A DNA stretch of 32,059 nucleotides, taken from positions 1 to 32,059 of the IMG/VR virus record IMGVR_UViG_3300025543_000123, one strand, 5' to 3'. The notes below the pieces were generated by a model. That model did not search any database. It was not told the DNA's origin and worked only from the letters and a program-made list of their open reading frames with translations. This document shows, one piece after another, positions 15,399 through 25,585 of this stretch (position 1 is its first letter; each line of letters begins with the position of its first letter). Source of the DNA: a virus (lineage: Duplodnaviria > Caudoviricetes). The translations under genes were made by a program, and so were the position numbers.

Positions 15399-15427
15399 AG
15401 ACTTACAGAAATGTAGGTCTTTTTTTT
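15399..15427 (+). terminator. Intrinsic terminator
   Basis: AGACTTACA-GAAA-TGTAGGTCT followed by a T tract. Confidence 0.9.
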
Positions 15428-15434
15428 GTTTATT

Positions 15435-15456
15435 ACAATTTCAACTAAATGTTATT
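15435..15456 (+). promoter_or_regulatory. Putative late promoter ACAA-N13-TTATT
   Basis: Exact motif 17 bp before ATG 15474. Confidence 0.65.
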
Positions 15457-15473
15457 ATTATAAAAAAAACATA

Positions 15474-16145
15474 ATGAAATTAGAGATAAGCATACCAACA
15501 AAACTAAGCGAAATAAAATTATCACAGTATCAAAAGTTTTTAAAGATAGCTGATGGTAATATTGACAATGAATTACTTCATCAAAAGATGGTTCAAATAT
15601 TTTGTGGAATTGATTTAAAAGATGTAGCTGAAATAAGGTATAAGGATGTACTTGAAATAACTGCATCGCTTGGATTAATGTTTGAAAATAAAAACCATAG
15701 ATTTATCAATAGATTTAAAATGGGTGGTGTTGAATTTGGATTCATACCTAATTTAGAAGACATATCATTTGGTGAATATACTGATTTAGATACGTATTTA
15801 AACGATTGGACGCAAATGCACAAAGCAATGGCAGTATTATATCGACCAATCAAAAAGAATGGCTTAAACGGCACATATGAGATTGAGAAATATAATGGTT
15901 CAATTACTTATTCAGATGTAATGAAACACGCTCCTTTAGATGTTGTTCTTGGTGCTAATGTTTTTTTTTACAATTTAAGCAACGAATTATTGAACAGTAC
16001 GATGACTTATTTGGAGGAGAATCAGGAGGTACAGAATATTCTCAAGTCACAAACTTCGGTAGAAAATGGGGATGGTACTCTTCATACTATGCTATCGCTA
16101 AAGGAAACCTTGAACGATTTGATTATATTTCAGAATTACCGTTAA
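15474..16145 (+). CDS. Putative tail assembly chaperone (0-frame product)
   Basis: Internal T9 slippery run at 15961-15969 with a long open -1 frame; first gene of the tail operon. Confidence 0.65.
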   Translation: MKLEISIPTKLSEIKLSQYQKFLKIADGNIDNELLHQKMVQIFCGIDLKDVAEIRYKDVLEITASLGLMFENKNHRFINRFKMGGVEFGFIPNLEDISFGEYTDLDTYLNDWTQMHKAMAVLYRPIKKNGLNGTYEIEKYNGSITYSDVMKHAPLDVVLGANVFFYNLSNELLNSTMTYLEENQEVQNILKSQTSVENGDGTLHTMLSLKETLNDLIIFQNYR

Positions 16146-16225
16146 CACAATGTTTGACATATTTAACATTTGAAAAAGAAAAGAATAAAATTGAATCAGA
16201 TTTAATAAAAAGACAAAATAAATGA
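15968..16225 (+). CDS. -1 frameshift extension of the chaperone
   Basis: LQFKQRIIEQYDDLFG...FGRKWGWYSSYYAIAKG...LTYLTFEKEK*; no ATG of its own; TGA overlaps the next ATG. Confidence 0.7.
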   Translation, partial: LQFKQRIIEQYDDLFGGESGGTEYSQVTNFGRKWGWYSSYYAIAKGNLERFDYISELPLTQCLTYLTFEKEKNKIESDLIKRQNK

Positions 16226-16674
16226 GTACATTCTACGAAATAACAACTAAGATAAAAGACCAACTAGAACTTGATAAGTTTGTAAATACAGTTACAATAG
16301 GCGACATCTTTAAAGTTGATTTAAACAAGCAAACTATATTTCCATTAAGTCATATAATAGTTAATAATGTATCTTATCAAGGCAATATTTTAGTTTATAA
16401 TGTATCTATTTTATCTATGGATATTGTGGATGAAAGCAAGGATATGGTTACAGATATATTTTTAGGAAATGACAATGAGCAAGATGTATTAAATACTCAG
16501 CTATCAGTAGCTAATAGGTTCTTAGAAATATTAAGAAGAGGAACATTGGCAGATGATTATGAACTAATTGGAAATCCAAACATTGAGTTTTTTGTAGAAC
16601 GATTTGAAAACAAATTAGCAGGTGTTACTTATACGTTTGATATGGCGATTGCAAATACAATGACAATATGCTAG
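16222..16674 (+). CDS. Putative tail terminator / neck protein
   Basis: Size, position and acidic composition (inference). Confidence 0.5.
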   Translation: MSTFYEITTKIKDQLELDKFVNTVTIGDIFKVDLNKQTIFPLSHIIVNNVSYQGNILVYNVSILSMDIVDESKDMVTDIFLGNDNEQDVLNTQLSVANRFLEILRRGTLADDYELIGNPNIEFFVERFENKLAGVTYTFDMAIANTMTIC

Positions 16675-17198
16675 AAGTTGAAGCAGTAATAAAAAGATTT
16701 AGGGATTATGTTATACAACAATCACGCAGTAATTTATCTAAGTCAGGACACAATAACACTAAAGAACTTTATAATAGTTTAAAAGGTGAAATAGTAAATG
16801 AAAAAGATTATACAATAGTTGGTTTTGAAATGTTAAATTATGGGATGTTTCAAGACCAAGGTATAAAAGGAAAAAGCAGTTCAGCAAAAGCACCAAATAG
16901 TCCGTTTAAATTTGGAACAGGAACGGGAAAGAAAGGTGGGTTAACACAAGGTATAAATAAATGGGTTAGGCAAAAAGGATTTCAATTTAGAGATAGGAAG
17001 TCAGGTAAATTTTTAAGCTACCAATCTACTGCTTATTTAATAACAAGGTCAATATTTCATAAAGGAATAAAACCAAGTTTATTTTTTACAAAACCATTTG
17101 AAGCGGGATATAAGAAATACATAGATACAGATTTAATGAAAGCATTTTCACAAGACATTGATACATTAATTGATTACAGTTTAAAAGATATAAAATGA
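16668..17198 (+). CDS. Putative tail completion protein (HK97 gp10-like)
   Basis: Basic; LYNSL...YG.F.D.G...GIKPSLFF pattern. Confidence 0.55.
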   Translation: MLEVEAVIKRFRDYVIQQSRSNLSKSGHNNTKELYNSLKGEIVNEKDYTIVGFEMLNYGMFQDQGIKGKSSSAKAPNSPFKFGTGTGKKGGLTQGINKWVRQKGFQFRDRKSGKFLSYQSTAYLITRSIFHKGIKPSLFFTKPFEAGYKKYIDTDLMKAFSQDIDTLIDYSLKDIK

Positions 17199-18292
17199 AA
17201 ATAGTAAAAGTAAGAAGTCCTTTTATAATAGAAGTTAATGAGCCTGCTCAATTAGGAAGCAAGATAGAATTATTTATTTGGAATAAAGGAAGTGCTGAAC
17301 CTACAACACCAACCTACACACTAAGTAAAAAAATATCTAGTACTTCAGATGTTAAAACAAATTACAATGTATCAAATTTTGTACGTGAATATATTAATAA
17401 TGTTATCCCAACTATATCGACTAATCCAAGTGTTGAAGATAACAATGAATGGTGTTTGTTTAAGATTAAACGATATACTTTATCGACTGTTTATAATTTA
17501 ATTGACACGACTACTTATGTAGGTGTAAATGGTTTTACAAGTCACATAGATGGATTTAATGCTATTGTAGACACTAGTGGAGGAGGTAGTCTTGTACCCG
17601 CTTATCCTTTAATTAGTAATGGATATAAAAATTACAGACAATATAATCAATATAATTTAAGTAGCTATTTTAATTTAATTTGTCAAAAGAAACCAAGTGC
17701 TGCATTATGGATTTTTTACGCAAATACAGATTCAGGAGTTCCATTTAAATCTGCTGAAATATTACCCGCAGGTGCAACTGACGAAATATACAATTATAAA
17801 ATACCTTTTAGATTTGGAAGCAATCCAAGACAAACTATTTTTCTTTCTTATTTAGGTGAAAGTGAATTTATAAGAGTTTACTCGGATGAAGTTGAAGAGT
17901 GTAAATATACACCCGTAGAATGTAGGTTTATAAATAGTAAAGGAGGATGGCAGAGTATAACGTTCTTTAAAGCACAAACTAATTCTATTAGTGTTAATAC
18001 TACTAATTATAATTTAAGTCCCGAAGCAGTTAATTATAACATCCACAAAGGTCAAAGTAAAAACTTTAATACCAATGGAAAACAAACTGTAAAATTAAAC
18101 ACAGGATGGGTGGATGAAAATACTTCATTAGCAATAACTGATTTATTATTAAGTGAAACGGTTTTATTGGATTATCAGCCTTCTTTAGTGAAGACAAGTA
18201 GCTTTGAAATTAAAAACAGTTTAAAAGAAAAACTAATTAACTACGAAATTGATTTCGAATATAATTTTGATTTAATTAACAATGTACTATGA
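17195..18292 (+). CDS. Putative distal tail / baseplate protein
   Basis: Beta-rich; C-terminal FINSKGGW...LNTGWV...LLLSE; position. Confidence 0.55.
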   Translation: MKIVKVRSPFIIEVNEPAQLGSKIELFIWNKGSAEPTTPTYTLSKKISSTSDVKTNYNVSNFVREYINNVIPTISTNPSVEDNNEWCLFKIKRYTLSTVYNLIDTTTYVGVNGFTSHIDGFNAIVDTSGGGSLVPAYPLISNGYKNYRQYNQYNLSSYFNLICQKKPSAALWIFYANTDSGVPFKSAEILPAGATDEIYNYKIPFRFGSNPRQTIFLSYLGESEFIRVYSDEVEECKYTPVECRFINSKGGWQSITFFKAQTNSISVNTTNYNLSPEAVNYNIHKGQSKNFNTNGKQTVKLNTGWVDENTSLAITDLLLSETVLLDYQPSLVKTSSFEIKNSLKEKLINYEIDFEYNFDLINNVL

Positions 18293-20595
18293 TTTTAAAA
18301 TTAGCATTATATTTAGAAATTCCAAAAGAAATAACTACATCGGATTATACTCCTGAATTAGCATCAGGATTTACACAAAGAGTTTTAGCTGATGGTGGTG
18401 TATTTGAGGGTGATTATTGTTTAAACAAAATACTTTACGACTTAGGTGGATATAGCTTAACTGCAAATTATATCTCAGACTTTAAAAGTAGAGTTATAAC
18501 TGATGGAGGTACTTATGAAGCGGGACAATGTTTGTATGATACTTTAATAGGGTTAGGTGGATTTACTCAAACAAGTACACAACAAGTATTTGAAAGAGTA
18601 GATTTATTTGCTGATGAAAGTGTTTCGTTAACACAAGTAATACAAGATGTAAAAGATATTTCTAAAATATTTACAGAATTTAGTAAGACATTTAGTTTAC
18701 CTGCTAATGAAAAAAATAATAGAATATTCAAACATTATTACAATTATGATATTGATAATTATTTTGATGCAAGGTTTAAGATAAATGCATACATAGAGAT
18801 AGATAATGTACTTTATAATACAGGTAAAATAAAACTAGAAGGTGTAGACTTGAAAAATGGGCAACCAAATAATTACAGAATAACATATTTTGGAAGTACT
18901 GTAAACTTAAAGGATGTCATAGGAGAAGATAAACTAAATGCATTAGATTTAAGTCAATTTAATTTAGCGTATAATAACACAAATGTAAAAGCTAAGTTAC
19001 AAGTCAACCCTAGTGCAAATGATGTAATAGTACCTTTTATTTCGCATACAACTAGGTATTTTTTAGACTCAAGTTCAGGACATTCAGAATCAGATGTAAG
19101 TAATTTAAATTACCATAGTGGGGCTGGAAATAATCACGGATTACTTTGGTCTGATTTAAAATACGCATTGAGAATATCTAAAATAGTAGAGGCTATTCAG
19201 ATAAAATATAACTTAACGTTTTCAAATGATTTCTTTAATAACACAAATTTAGATTATTACAATCTATTTATGTGGTTACATAGAGTAAAAGGAGATGTTC
19301 AAAGTGCTACGTTTGGAAATAATCCACCTCAATTAATTGACGCTTTTACACCTACAACAGATACTTGTGGAGGTGTTTATATGCTTAATGAATCTACGTT
19401 AAAAGTACTTGATAATAGTTTAATATACTCAGGTGAATTACGTTTAAATACAATCTCAACGGGTAATTATAAGGTGTCTATTTACAGAAATGGTACTTTA
19501 ATATATCAATCAGCTGATTTAACTGGAAATCAAGTTATAAATACATCAGTATTAGGTGCATCTCTTTTAAATGGTGACTATACTTTGTACGTTCAAAGTC
19601 AATCTATTATTTCATTTAGTTTACTTGAATGGTATTTTAATGTAGACTGTACTTTTTCACCTATAAAAAGATTTCAAATATTTGATTTCAATTTGTCAGG
19701 TGACTTCTTGTTTGATATTTCACAACAAATTCCTGATATTAAAGTAATTGATTTCTTAACTGGTTTGTTTAAAATGTTTAACCTTACTGCTTATGTAGAT
19801 AATGGAACAATTATAGTAAAAAGTTTAAATGAGTTTTACAATACATTCGATATTTATGATGTATCTCAATATGTGATTTCAGATAGTAAGTCAATTGATG
19901 TTGCTTTACCTTTTAAACAAGTTTCATTTGGTTATGAAGACACTAATGCGTTATTAGCTTTAAAACACAATCAGTTATTTAGTCAAGAATGGGCTAAAGA
20001 AAAATATCAATCTGAATTAGGTTTAGCGGGTGATACTTACGAAATAAGTTTACCTTTTTCACATATGAAATACGAAAGAATTATTGATTTAAATGGTAAC
20101 GTTCAATCGAATATCCAATGGGGTTATTCTGCTACTGATAACTTTAATTCAGCAACAGGTAATTATGAATCATACATAGGTAAGCCTTTATTGTTTTATC
20201 CTATTTTAGTTAGTGGTGTTCCTGATATGAGTTTCAGAGATACAATTTCTACTCATACACAAATAACATCATACATTGCTCCATCAAATAGTTTATATTT
20301 AAGTTCGGCAACTGATTCGACAAATATAAATTTCAAGCAAGAAATAAATGAGTGGACAGGTGACACGACATTTGAAAATACTTTGTTTAAGAAACATTAT
20401 GAAAATTATATTTTAGAAGTATTCGATCCTAAAAATAGACTAACAAAAATTAAAGCTATTTTACCATTAAAGATTTTAACTAAATTTAAATTAAACGATA
20501 GGTTTCAAATATCTGACAGACTATTTAAGATAAATAAAATAACTACTAATTTAACAAATGGAGAAAGTGATATTGAACTTTTAAATGAATTATGA
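18289..20595 (+). CDS. Putative baseplate hub / tail tip protein
   Basis: 768 aa; FSKTFSLP motif; two N-terminal DGG repeats. Confidence 0.65.
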   Translation: MILKLALYLEIPKEITTSDYTPELASGFTQRVLADGGVFEGDYCLNKILYDLGGYSLTANYISDFKSRVITDGGTYEAGQCLYDTLIGLGGFTQTSTQQVFERVDLFADESVSLTQVIQDVKDISKIFTEFSKTFSLPANEKNNRIFKHYYNYDIDNYFDARFKINAYIEIDNVLYNTGKIKLEGVDLKNGQPNNYRITYFGSTVNLKDVIGEDKLNALDLSQFNLAYNNTNVKAKLQVNPSANDVIVPFISHTTRYFLDSSSGHSESDVSNLNYHSGAGNNHGLLWSDLKYALRISKIVEAIQIKYNLTFSNDFFNNTNLDYYNLFMWLHRVKGDVQSATFGNNPPQLIDAFTPTTDTCGGVYMLNESTLKVLDNSLIYSGELRLNTISTGNYKVSIYRNGTLIYQSADLTGNQVINTSVLGASLLNGDYTLYVQSQSIISFSLLEWYFNVDCTFSPIKRFQIFDFNLSGDFLFDISQQIPDIKVIDFLTGLFKMFNLTAYVDNGTIIVKSLNEFYNTFDIYDVSQYVISDSKSIDVALPFKQVSFGYEDTNALLALKHNQLFSQEWAKEKYQSELGLAGDTYEISLPFSHMKYERIIDLNGNVQSNIQWGYSATDNFNSATGNYESYIGKPLLFYPILVSGVPDMSFRDTISTHTQITSYIAPSNSLYLSSATDSTNINFKQEINEWTGDTTFENTLFKKHYENYILEVFDPKNRLTKIKAILPLKILTKFKLNDRFQISDRLFKINKITTNLTNGESDIELLNEL

Positions 20596-20738
20596 TAAAA
20601 AACATCTTAGAATTATTAGCATTGCAAGAACATTATAATCAATCTGAAAACATAGAAATTGCAAAAGGGAAATATAAATTAGTAACTACTTGGAAACAAG
20701 GATTTGAACAAATAAAAAGAATATGGAAAATAAGGTAG
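20592..20738 (+). CDS. Hypothetical protein (48 aa)
   Basis: MIKNILELL...IEIAKGKYKL; ATGA-coupled. Confidence 0.6.
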   Translation: MIKNILELLALQEHYNQSENIEIAKGKYKLVTTWKQGFEQIKRIWKIR

Positions 20739-22612
20739 TTAATTTAAAAGTAAATTTAGGCTCATCTGAAGAGGACTTAAAAAACCTTGGTGATGCATTT
20801 AAAAAAGTAGATAAAGAAGCTACTAATTTAGATGCAACATTTGAGGAGATATACGGTGATTTAAAACCTTTAACTGCTCGAATGGGTGAACAAGAAGATA
20901 GGCTTTATGAATTAGCAAAAGCGGGGAAACAAAGTTCACAAGAATATAAAGACTTATTAAAATCAGTTGGTGAATATAAAAGAGTTCAGCAACAAACAGA
21001 TTTAATAGTTGATGCATCTGCTCAAACATTAGGAACGAAACTGTCAGGTTCTTTAAATGCGGTTGCAGGTGGTTTTTCATTAGCACAAGGAGCGGTTGGA
21101 TTATTTGGTACAGAATCTGAAAACGTAGAAAAAGCTATTTTAAAAGTTCAATCTGCAATGGCTATAAGTCAAGGATTCGAAACTATAAATCAAGGCTCTA
21201 AAAGCGTTAAAGCATTAGGAGAAACAATAAAAGCAACTACTGTATTTCAGAAATTGCAAACTGCTGCAACTGCTGCTCAAACATTTGTAACCAATGGAGC
21301 GACATTAGCAACTAAGGCTTTAAGAGGTGCTTTAGTAGCTACGGGAATAGGTGCTTTAGTTGTTGGTGTAGGTTTGTTAATTGCTAATTTTGATAAAGTT
21401 AAAAAGGTAATTTTAAATTTAATTCCTGGACTTTCTAAAGTTGGTGATTTCATTGGTAGTATAGTAGATTCTGTTACTGATTTTGTAGGTGCAACTTCAG
21501 ATGCTAGTAGAGCGTTAGATAAATTAAAAGCAAATGCAGATAAAACTTTATCAGTAAATAAAAAATTCTTACAAGAACATTCTGACCAAATAGATGAATA
21601 TACTAAGAAAAAGATTGAAGCTAAAAATGCATACTCCGAAGCAGTAAAAGAAGAAGGTGCTGACCAAATTGCATTAGCTAAAAAACTCAATAGAGAATTA
21701 GCCGCCATAGAATATTCACGTGGTGATGAAAAAAGAAAAATACAAAAAGAAAATGATGATAAACTAAAAGCAGATAGAAAAGCAAAATCAGAAAAAGATA
21801 AAGCAGATAGAGAAGCAGAAACTAAAAGGTTAAAAGATGAAAAATTAGCTGAAGAAATGCAATCGGCTAAAGATGCTTTAGCTATTCAAAAAGCATTACA
21901 AGAATCACAAGAAACACCAATACAAAAAGAACAAAGAGAATATTTAGAAAAGAAAGCTATATTAGAAGCTAATAATGTAGATACTGAACTATTAACTAAA
22001 ACGCATAATGACGCTATTAATAAGCTAAATATAGATAGTTATGTAGCAGATTTTGAAGCAACAAAAAAGAAAACTGAAGACGAAAAGGAACAATCTGACG
22101 CAAGAAAGAAAATAATTGAAGCAGAATATGCTTTTAAAATAGGTCAGGCTAGAGAAGCAAGTGCAGTATTAGGTCAATTATCTGAATTAGCAGGAAAAGA
22201 AACTGCTGCGGGTAAAGCATTAGGGATTGCAAGTGCTACGATAAATACCTATGTGGGTGTATCTGAAGCATTAAAACAAAAATCAACCCTACCATCTCCT
22301 TTTGATGTTGTCGCTAAAGTTGCCAATGTAGCTACTATTTTAGCTACGGGTTTTAAAGCAGTAAGAGCAATTACTTCAGTTAAAGTTCCTGGAGGCGGTG
22401 GTGGTGGTTCTGCTCCAAGTCCAATATCAGTTCCTAACGCTACTGCTCCATCTGCACCTCAGTTTAATGTAGTTGGAACAAGTAACACAAGTCAATTAGC
22501 ACAATCAATAGGACAAAAAGATGCAACACCTATAAAAGCATATGTAGTAAGTAATGATGTAAGTACGCAACAAGGATTAGATAGAGCAATTGTAAAAACT
22601 GCAACTTTATAA
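20723..22612 (+). CDS. Tape measure protein
   Basis: Long Ala/Lys/Glu-rich helical protein with hydrophobic TGIGALVVGVGLLI segment. Confidence 0.85.
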   Translation: MENKVVNLKVNLGSSEEDLKNLGDAFKKVDKEATNLDATFEEIYGDLKPLTARMGEQEDRLYELAKAGKQSSQEYKDLLKSVGEYKRVQQQTDLIVDASAQTLGTKLSGSLNAVAGGFSLAQGAVGLFGTESENVEKAILKVQSAMAISQGFETINQGSKSVKALGETIKATTVFQKLQTAATAAQTFVTNGATLATKALRGALVATGIGALVVGVGLLIANFDKVKKVILNLIPGLSKVGDFIGSIVDSVTDFVGATSDASRALDKLKANADKTLSVNKKFLQEHSDQIDEYTKKKIEAKNAYSEAVKEEGADQIALAKKLNRELAAIEYSRGDEKRKIQKENDDKLKADRKAKSEKDKADREAETKRLKDEKLAEEMQSAKDALAIQKALQESQETPIQKEQREYLEKKAILEANNVDTELLTKTHNDAINKLNIDSYVADFEATKKKTEDEKEQSDARKKIIEAEYAFKIGQAREASAVLGQLSELAGKETAAGKALGIASATINTYVGVSEALKQKSTLPSPFDVVAKVANVATILATGFKAVRAITSVKVPGGGGGGSAPSPISVPNATAPSAPQFNVVGTSNTSQLAQSIGQKDATPIKAYVVSNDVSTQQGLDRAIVKTATL

Positions 22613-22634
22613 ACAAAAAACAATTTAATTTATT
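22613..22634 (+). promoter_or_regulatory. Putative late promoter ACAA-N13-TTATT
   Basis: Exact motif 18 bp before ATG 22653. Confidence 0.6.
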
Positions 22635-22652
22635 TTGATAATAAAAACATTT

Positions 22653-23204
22653 ATGGCTTTAGTATATCAACATTTAAAACCTAGTGGAGAAGTTTTTTAT
22701 ATTGGAATAGGAATATCTAAAAAAAGAGCATATTCTAAATATGGTAGAAATAAACATTGGAGTAATACGGTTAATAAATATGGTTATGAAGTTCAAATTT
22801 TAACTAATAATATTAACTATGAGTTTGCAAAAGAAATAGAAAAAAACTTAATTTCTTATTATGGAAGAAAAGATTTAGAAAGAGGTAAATTAGTAAATAT
22901 GACAGATGGAGGAGAGGGTTTTCTAAATATGAATCCAGAAGAGAGATTAAAAAGAAAAATAAAATTAACAAATTATAATAAAAATATAAAAGATTACTCT
23001 TTCACTCAAGACGAAACTTATAAATTAAATATGAGAAAGTCTTGTTTAGGAAAAAATAATAAAAAAATAATAGATATAGAAACTAAAATGATTTTTAAAT
23101 CAATGCGAGAAGCATCTGAATTTAGTAAAATAAATTACACAATATTAAGTGGTATGTTAAATAATAAAAAAATTAATAAAACAAATTTAAGATGGCAGAA
23201 TTAG
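22653..23204 (+). CDS. Free-standing GIY-YIG-like homing endonuclease
   Basis: VYQH...FYIGIG...RAY, LVNMTDGGEG, C-terminal NUMOD1-like FKSMREAS. Confidence 0.8.
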   Translation: MALVYQHLKPSGEVFYIGIGISKKRAYSKYGRNKHWSNTVNKYGYEVQILTNNINYEFAKEIEKNLISYYGRKDLERGKLVNMTDGGEGFLNMNPEERLKRKIKLTNYNKNIKDYSFTQDETYKLNMRKSCLGKNNKKIIDIETKMIFKSMREASEFSKINYTILSGMLNNKKINKTNLRWQN

Positions 23205-23785
23205 AAACAATAGAATTGTATATTGATGAAAACATAGAGAAAGAAGGTATTGATGCTCTTAGCTTGGTTAAATTTCCAGCAATAGAAGAAAATTGGGTGG
23301 CATTAAATAATCATAGAATTGAGTTTAAATCGGTTGATGAAGAAAAAAGAATAATTATAGGATTAGCTTTAGTTCCAGATAAATTAATTTATAGAAGAAA
23401 TGGAGAACACGAATATAATATTAAGTTTTCAAAAGAAACTGTAAAAAAAGCGGGTCAATTATATTTAAAAAGACTAAACAATAATAATGCTACATTAGAG
23501 CATACTACAAATGTAAAAGGAGTATCGGTTGTGGAATCTTGGATTGTAGAAAATCCATTATTAGATAAAACTGCTATTTATAATTTAAATGCGGTTGAAG
23601 GGGCTTGGGCAGTAATTATGAGTATTGACAATGATAAAGTTTGGGAAGAAATAAAAAACGGAACTTATTTAGGAATAAGTGTCGAAGGATATTTTTCGGA
23701 CAAACTAGAAATGAGTTTACAAGCTGAAAAAGAAAATGAATTAATAGAAAAAATAAAATCAATAATTTTAAAAAATGGCAAATAA
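23192..23785 (+). CDS. Prohead protease (XkdF-like)
   Basis: EEKRIIIGLALVPD, LEH, VESW, W..IK.G...GISVEG. Confidence 0.85.
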   Translation: MAELETIELYIDENIEKEGIDALSLVKFPAIEENWVALNNHRIEFKSVDEEKRIIIGLALVPDKLIYRRNGEHEYNIKFSKETVKKAGQLYLKRLNNNNATLEHTTNVKGVSVVESWIVENPLLDKTAIYNLNAVEGAWAVIMSIDNDKVWEEIKNGTYLGISVEGYFSDKLEMSLQAEKENELIEKIKSIILKNGK

Positions 23786-23960
23786 AACAAGTTCACCAAA
23801 AGGTGGAAAAAGAGGATGTCTTTGTAAAGATGGTAAATACAGTCAAAAATGTTGCAATGGTGAACTATCTGAACAAGGTATAGGTTCATTAATTCAGCAA
23901 CAAAACTCAACTATTACAGTAATAGATGGAGTACGTACAACAGTTAGAAGTAATGGCTAA
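23775..23960 (+). CDS. Small Cys-rich protein
   Basis: RGCLCKDGKYSQKCCNG. Confidence 0.7.
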   Translation: MANKTSSPKGGKRGCLCKDGKYSQKCCNGELSEQGIGSLIQQQNSTITVIDGVRTTVRSNG

Positions 23961-23966
23961 TTTATA

Positions 23967-23988
23967 ACAAAAATAAATAACATTAATT
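23967..23988 (+). promoter_or_regulatory. Putative late promoter ACAA-N13-TAATT
   Basis: One-mismatch copy 19 bp before ATG 24008. Confidence 0.55.
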
Positions 23989-24007
23989 AATATAAAAAAA
24001 TACACTT

Positions 24008-24559
24008 ATGAGCGTAATAAATGAAATTAAAACACTTTTGGGAATGGAGGTAAAACTTGCCCAAATGAAACTAATGGATGGAGTGACTGTTATTGAAGCA
24101 GATTCTTTTCAATTAGATAATGCAGTATTTATTGTAAATGGCGAGGAAAGAGTTCCAATGCCTATTGGTGAATACGAATTAGAAGATGGTAATATCTTAA
24201 AGGTAGATGTTGAGGGAATCATTGCTGCAATTGAACCAGCTACTGAGGAAGAGCCTGCTAATGAAGAACCATTGGCTACTCCTGCTGAACAAGAAATGGA
24301 AGCAGAACCTAATGCGCCTAAAAAAATTGTTGAATCAGTTTCTAAAGAGATTTTCTTTGCAGAAATTGAAAAATTAAGAACTGAAATTGCTGAATTAAAA
24401 TTAGCAAAAGAAGTTATTAAAGAAGAATTAAGTGCAGATGTAGTTGTTGAACCATTAACACATTCACCTGAAACTAAGTCGGAAGTTAAATTAAACAAAA
24501 TATCAACTAATCGCCAAATGACTACTCAAGATAGAGTTATGGCACAACTTTTTAAATAA
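24008..24559 (+). CDS. Capsid scaffolding protein (putative)
   Basis: Acidic with coiled coil; between protease and capsid. Confidence 0.7.
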   Translation: MSVINEIKTLLGMEVKLAQMKLMDGVTVIEADSFQLDNAVFIVNGEERVPMPIGEYELEDGNILKVDVEGIIAAIEPATEEEPANEEPLATPAEQEMEAEPNAPKKIVESVSKEIFFAEIEKLRTEIAELKLAKEVIKEELSADVVVEPLTHSPETKSEVKLNKISTNRQMTTQDRVMAQLFK

Positions 24560-24565
24560 TAAAAT

Positions 24566-25519
24566 ATGGCTACTACTACAAGTATTACTACTACTTATGC
24601 TGGTGAATTTGCAGGAAAATATGTTTCTGCTGCATTACTATCAGGTTCAACTATCGCAAATGGCGGTATTGAAGTAAAACCAAATGTAAAATTCAAAGAA
24701 GTAATTAAGAAACTAAGTTCAGACGCTATTGTAGCTGATGCAACTTGTGATTTCAATGCTACTTCTACAATTACATTAACAGAAAAAATTCTACAACCAG
24801 AGGAATTTCAAGTAAATTTACAACTTTGTAAAAAAGATTTCCGTTCAGATTGGGAAGCGGTATCAATGGGGTATTCTGCTTTTGATTCTTTACCAAAATC
24901 ATTTGCTGATTTCTTACTGGCTCACGTAGTTGCTAAAGTTGCACAAAAAACTGAACAAAACATTTGGAAAGGTGTTACTGCTAATGCAGGTGAATTTAAC
25001 GGATTCGCTACATTGTTATCTTTAGACGCTGGCTTACCTGCTGCTCAAGAAGTTGCTGGAACAACTGTTACTGCTTCAAATGTTATCGTTGAATTAGGTA
25101 AAATTGTGGATGCAATTCCTGCTGCATTGTATGGAAAAGAAGATTTATATCTTTATGTTTCTCAAAACGTAGCTAGAGCATACGTAAGAGCATTAGGTGG
25201 ATTTGGAGCATCAGGATTAGTTTCTGCTGGTACTAATGATATGGGTACACAATGGTACAATAATGGTTCACTTTCTTTTGATGGTGTAAAAATCTTTGTT
25301 GCCGATGGTTTAGCTGCTAATACTGCAATTGCTGCTGAGAAATCTAACTTGTATTTTGGTACAGGATTACTTTCTGACAATAATGAAGTAAAAGTAATTG
25401 ATATGGCTGACATTGATGGTTCTGAAAATGTAAGAGTAGTAATGAGATTTACTGCTGGAGTTCAATACGGAATTGTTTCTGACATTGTAACTTACGGAAT
25501 CGTTAACGCTGCAAACTAA
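24566..25519 (+). CDS. Major capsid protein
   Basis: 317 aa, strongly biased codons, follows the scaffold; IWKG...FNGF pattern. Confidence 0.85.
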   Translation: MATTTSITTTYAGEFAGKYVSAALLSGSTIANGGIEVKPNVKFKEVIKKLSSDAIVADATCDFNATSTITLTEKILQPEEFQVNLQLCKKDFRSDWEAVSMGYSAFDSLPKSFADFLLAHVVAKVAQKTEQNIWKGVTANAGEFNGFATLLSLDAGLPAAQEVAGTTVTASNVIVELGKIVDAIPAALYGKEDLYLYVSQNVARAYVRALGGFGASGLVSAGTNDMGTQWYNNGSLSFDGVKIFVADGLAANTAIAAEKSNLYFGTGLLSDNNEVKVIDMADIDGSENVRVVMRFTAGVQYGIVSDIVTYGIVNAAN

Positions 25520-25547
25520 TAACAATTAGATAATTAAATTAAAAGAT

Positions 25548-25579
25548 GGGCAGTTTGCTTTTTGCTTTCTGCCCTTTTT
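25548..25579 (+). terminator. Probable terminator after capsid gene
   Basis: GGGCAG...CTGCCC followed by TTTTT. Confidence 0.55.
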
Positions 25580-25585
25580 AAAACA

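Noticed and set aside
14795-15473. ORF-track starts at 14795 and 15426 (also 675, 22635, 25562)
   Set aside because: They run through promoter or terminator motifs; downstream ATGs with A-rich leaders fit better.
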